A DNA stretch of 64,000 bases from an uncultured Verrucomicrobiae bacterium. Lineage in GTDB: Bacteria; Verrucomicrobiota; Verrucomicrobiia; Limisphaerales; UBA11358. The notes below the pieces were generated by a model that saw only the letters and a list, made by a program, of their open reading frames with translations, ran no database searches and was not told the origin of the DNA. Shown here in pieces: positions 60,982 through 64,000 of the stretch (the stretch's first letter is position 1; every line of letters begins with the position of its first letter). Made by a program: the position numbers and the translations under genes. Location: assembly GCA_963764175.1 (NCBI GenBank), contig CAVXRE010000014.1, positions 56,833 through 120,832 of the forward strand, read 5' to 3'.

Positions 60982-61971
60982 TTATGGGGCTTTGACCTGC
61001 TCGGTAAATGGCAGTCCTTGAAATATATTTTGCTTCAGATCAAATTCCACGTTCCGCGAGTTTGGCACTGGGTTGAGATAGTAATCGAAAGCTATTCCAG
61101 AACGCGGTGCTTCACTGCCGACATAAAATCTCACCTCGCCCTGTATCTTGCCATAGAGCGCGCTTTTCACGTTGCCGTTTGAGTCCAATACTGTGCGCAC
61201 ACGGAAAAAATATCCAGAAGCCGGTTCTGAAGTTTCAGTAAAGTTATGATAGCTCCATGCCAGTGCTGGCTGATAACCTTCTTCCGCAGCGGAATGCGGC
61301 ATCACCAGTGGACTGAGGCCGGTATCGGCGGGAGAGGGCGGCACAACGACAACGCCGTCACCCGCATTGGGGAACGTCAGTTTCAAGTTCGCATCAAATT
61401 CCTGCGGGCTGGTGATTTTACGATGAACGGTGAAAAGCATGTCGGCGGTCTTGCCAGCACCATACGGTGCAACCCAGTCCCCAACTGTCAAATCGAAGCC
61501 CACTGGTTCATTCTCCTTGGGCATTTTTATTTCCTCCTTTTTCGCATACATCGCAATCGGTTTGCCGATTTTTTTGAGCACCAATGTAAAGGTTGGATTC
61601 CGGCTCGCGGCCACAGTCTTGTCGTCAAACTGTCCCGGCTGATAAAGTTCATGGCCAATGTGAGTAGTGTAATAGCCGGCCTTTCCAACGTTGACTCCAA
61701 ATGTCCATGAACTGTCCGTGTGGGATGCGCTAAACATCCCGTTGTCGTCGGTGAGACCTTTGATTTCCCCATACGCTTGCTGGTCTGGTGCCGACGGCGG
61801 CAGAATGGTGTATTGAACGGACACGTCCGCCCCTGGCACTGGATTGCCGTCCTCACCGACGACTTTGATGGTCGCAGTCCACGGATACTTTGTCAGTTGT
61901 CCGAAGGCACAACCGTTGGTGAACATGATGAGCGTTAGACAGAGAAAGGTGAGCGTGTTTTTCATAATCAT
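60982..61971 (-). CDS. secreted protein with carboxypeptidase-regulatory-like/Ig-like N-domain and C-terminal copy of the shared ~110 aa domain
   Basis: Signal peptide. ATIKVVGEDGNPVPGADVSV is a CarbD-reg-like strand. The C-terminus is paralogous to the 59520..59894 product. Its ATG overlaps the upstream stop (ATGA). Confidence 0.55.
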   Translation of the reverse strand: MIMKNTLTFLCLTLIMFTNGCAFGQLTKYPWTATIKVVGEDGNPVPGADVSVQYTILPPSAPDQQAYGEIKGLTDDNGMFSASHTDSSWTFGVNVGKAGYYTTHIGHELYQPGQFDDKTVAASRNPTFTLVLKKIGKPIAMYAKKEEIKMPKENEPVGFDLTVGDWVAPYGAGKTADMLFTVHRKITSPQEFDANLKLTFPNAGDGVVVVPPSPADTGLSPLVMPHSAAEEGYQPALAWSYHNFTETSEPASGYFFRVRTVLDSNGNVKSALYGKIQGEVRFYVGSEAPRSGIAFDYYLNPVPNSRNVEFDLKQNIFQGLPFTEQVKAP

Positions 61972-64000
61972 TTGAGATTTCCCGTAGTTACCATTTGTTT
62001 GAACAACTGATAGGTGAAGGTGTAAGCAACGATGCGAGCGTCCGAGTGATGCCATTCACCGAACGCGGTAGTGCCTATTGGCCATTGCGGCGCACCGCGA
62101 CCAGTCGGCCAACCATTTTCATACGAAGACTGCATATCAAAATTTCTCGTGCCGCCAAATCTGATGTCAAGATTCGTGTCCGCATTCGCTCCGAGAGGCA
62201 ACGTCAGTGCCGGAATCGCGTCCGACAAGATGCGGTTGCGGTTGGTCTGCACATAGGCGCTGCCGCTCGAACTGGCGGTGAACATCGCCGTGTCAACGCT
62301 CATGTCGAAAAAGGCGTTGGTCTGCAACACCGAGTTGGTAATCACCGCCGGCGGGATGTTCGTCCGCAACCCGTTCACGAAAAACACGTAGCCGGAATTA
62401 AGATTTTCATTGAGTCCCCAGCCGCCGTGGTCGCTGCTCAAAATCGTGTTGCCCAACATCTGGCCTTTATCTTTTTCCTGCCACGCCCAAACGTATGTTC
62501 CCGATTGCCCCTCTATCCATTGCACTAGCTGGGCACCAAAAAGTAAAATAAGGTTCGAGGGTGGCGCGCCGCTGTAGGTTCGCAGCACTTCCTCACCGCT
62601 GGAATAAAAGTTATAGACTGCGGTGCTGCCAAAATTACCAAACCGATTGTTCCACGTCAAAGTGCTGCGGGCGTCGTTGGTCGGCCATACATTGAACCAT
62701 TCGCTCGCCCAAAGCGCAGTGGCGTAATTCAGCCAAGGAGCGGACGATGTGGAATAAACCATGTTGGTGTTTATCGGCGTGCTGCCGTCAATCGCCTCCA
62801 TCGGCACGGCGGCGTCCACCATGAAGTATTGGCTGATGGGTGCATTCCAATCGCTCATGGCGCTCAACGCCACCATGTTGCCCAAACTATGTGCCATTAC
62901 CGTTGTCGGCCCGTTGGTCAGCGTGGCAATGAAGTTTGCCAGCAACGGTGCAGTCTGAAAAGCGTGAACCACGTTCGTCTGATAGTTGGCCGTCACGCCC
63001 GAAATCCAATTCCCCTGCGAGTCATTGCCATACCAGTTCACGCCGTAAAACCTGGCGTGCGAGCCAGACCAGTAAAGCCGCTTGTAGATGTCGGCAAACC
63101 AGCCGCGTGCCTGATACGGACTGACATTATAGCCATGCACGAACACGACATTTTTATCAATCGTGTCCGGCTCATTGGGCACGCTGGCATCCGTCAGTCG
63201 GTCGGGCAATAAATTTGCTTGATTGGTTGCCGCTCCAATCAGCAGGTTTTTGTAACGGAACATCTGTTCTACACCGCTGATGCTCAAATAAAGTGAAGTC
63301 TGCGCAATCTGGTTCGTGCCGTGGTAAATCGTCAGCACCAATGGCTGCGTTGTGGATGCTGCTGCTTCCACCAGAATGATGCCCTGATTGTTTGTGGCAA
63401 TGCCACCAACAAACGACTGCAACAGCGTCACGCCGCCATTAGCTGCATTGGTGATGGTGGTCAGCGACGCATTGGCCAAATTGCCCGACTCATTCGTGTC
63501 GTGCAAAAAATTCATGTAATTGGTTGGCGTCAAGTCCGTGTAGGCGAACCGCAACACGCCGTCGGCTTGGCTCAAAACAAATGACCAGTTGGTATCCGTG
63601 AAGCTGATTCCGGCACTTAAAGCATTGCTCTGGAACAAACTGCTGATGTTGATATACAGAGGGAAGTAGTTCACGAGGTCTCGCCGTCCGTGGATTTTCC
63701 ACTGGCGCTGAATTTGCAACACGCCATTGCCTTGTGCCCCCTGTCCCGGAATGCCTGTGCCGCCGAAATCGCCAGCGTCGGAAGTATCGTCAACCCAAAA
63801 ACGAAACGGTTTGCTTGCCGATACGAAATCCGGGCCTTGGTAAGTGAAATCCATCGTGCCATCATGATTGGCGTCCGCCGAGAGTGCAACCACACGAACC
63901 ACGCCCGTGCCTTGCTGCCCGGTGTTAATGTCAGGCATTGTCACCAGTGCAACCATGCCCGGCTGCGTCGGGAAGAAGTCGCCATACGGCGAAACCACGC
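61968..64000 (-). CDS. large secreted alpha/beta-hydrolase (lipase/esterase-like, GxSxG = AHSLG) domain protein, 5-prime partial (continues beyond window end)
   Basis: FVHGYN...MAHSLGNMVA is a serine-hydrolase nucleophile elbow. The ORF has no start before the window end. N/T/S-rich beta regions flank the domain. Confidence 0.6.
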   Translation of the reverse strand, partial: VVSPYGDFFPTQPGMVALVTMPDINTGQQGTGVVRVVALSADANHDGTMDFTYQGPDFVSASKPFRFWVDDTSDAGDFGGTGIPGQGAQGNGVLQIQRQWKIHGRRDLVNYFPLYINISSLFQSNALSAGISFTDTNWSFVLSQADGVLRFAYTDLTPTNYMNFLHDTNESGNLANASLTTITNAANGGVTLLQSFVGGIATNNQGIILVEAAASTTQPLVLTIYHGTNQIAQTSLYLSISGVEQMFRYKNLLIGAATNQANLLPDRLTDASVPNEPDTIDKNVVFVHGYNVSPYQARGWFADIYKRLYWSGSHARFYGVNWYGNDSQGNWISGVTANYQTNVVHAFQTAPLLANFIATLTNGPTTVMAHSLGNMVALSAMSDWNAPISQYFMVDAAVPMEAIDGSTPINTNMVYSTSSAPWLNYATALWASEWFNVWPTNDARSTLTWNNRFGNFGSTAVYNFYSSGEEVLRTYSGAPPSNLILLFGAQLVQWIEGQSGTYVWAWQEKDKGQMLGNTILSSDHGGWGLNENLNSGYVFFVNGLRTNIPPAVITNSVLQTNAFFDMSVDTAMFTASSSGSAYVQTNRNRILSDAIPALTLPLGANADTNLDIRFGGTRNFDMQSSYENGWPTGRGAPQWPIGTTAFGEWHHSDARIVAYTFTYQLFKQMVTTGNLK

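Overview
This 64 kb window is a high-GC (visibly above 60 percent) chromosomal segment of a Gram-negative bacterium. The gene content suggests the Verrucomicrobia/PVC group, though taxonomy cannot be confirmed without a search; the hints are a eukaryote-type HisA, a type II glutamine synthetase, an LpxC-FabZ fusion, four-helix-bundle (23S rRNA intervening-sequence-like) proteins, and a PQQ-dehydrogenase/cytochrome c fusion. Coding density is high and most genes are housekeeping. They include type IV pilus components (pilD, pilT, a GspE/PilB-type ATPase), aroE, panB, an hldE-like heptose kinase, thiG, hisA, hisG, purN, an rpsP-KH-trmD-rplS operon, lipid A genes (lpxA and an lpxC-fabZ fusion), E2/E3 components of a 2-oxo acid dehydrogenase with an adjacent two-component system, a heme operon (ccsA-like hemX, hemA, hemC), a nitrogen cluster (glnII, amt-glnK) and a tRNA-Pro(GGG). 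Several AT-richer islets interrupt this background (about 12.0-12.9 kb, 30.3-30.9 kb, 34.1-34.9 kb and 59.5-61 kb). The two most unusual regions both lie at the 3-prime end. First, a roughly 2.8 kb gene-poor, repeat-laden segment (55.97-58.8 kb) begins at a tRNA-like 3-prime fragment. It contains 12-bp-periodic degenerate repeats, a GTTGAA array at helical spacing and a 28-bp-arm inverted repeat built from GCGRCAAA units. Second, a tightly coupled, AT-richer five-gene operon on the minus strand (58.98 kb to past 64 kb) encodes a large secreted alpha/beta-hydrolase (lipase-like, AHSLG motif) protein. Downstream of it are two proteins sharing an unrecognised domain of about 110 aa, a periplasmic ankyrin-repeat protein and a lipoprotein, an arrangement reminiscent of a lipase effector/immunity module. 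No CRISPR array, rRNA gene or classical transposase was seen. All calls were made by eye from the sequence and the supplied ORF track, with no database searches run.
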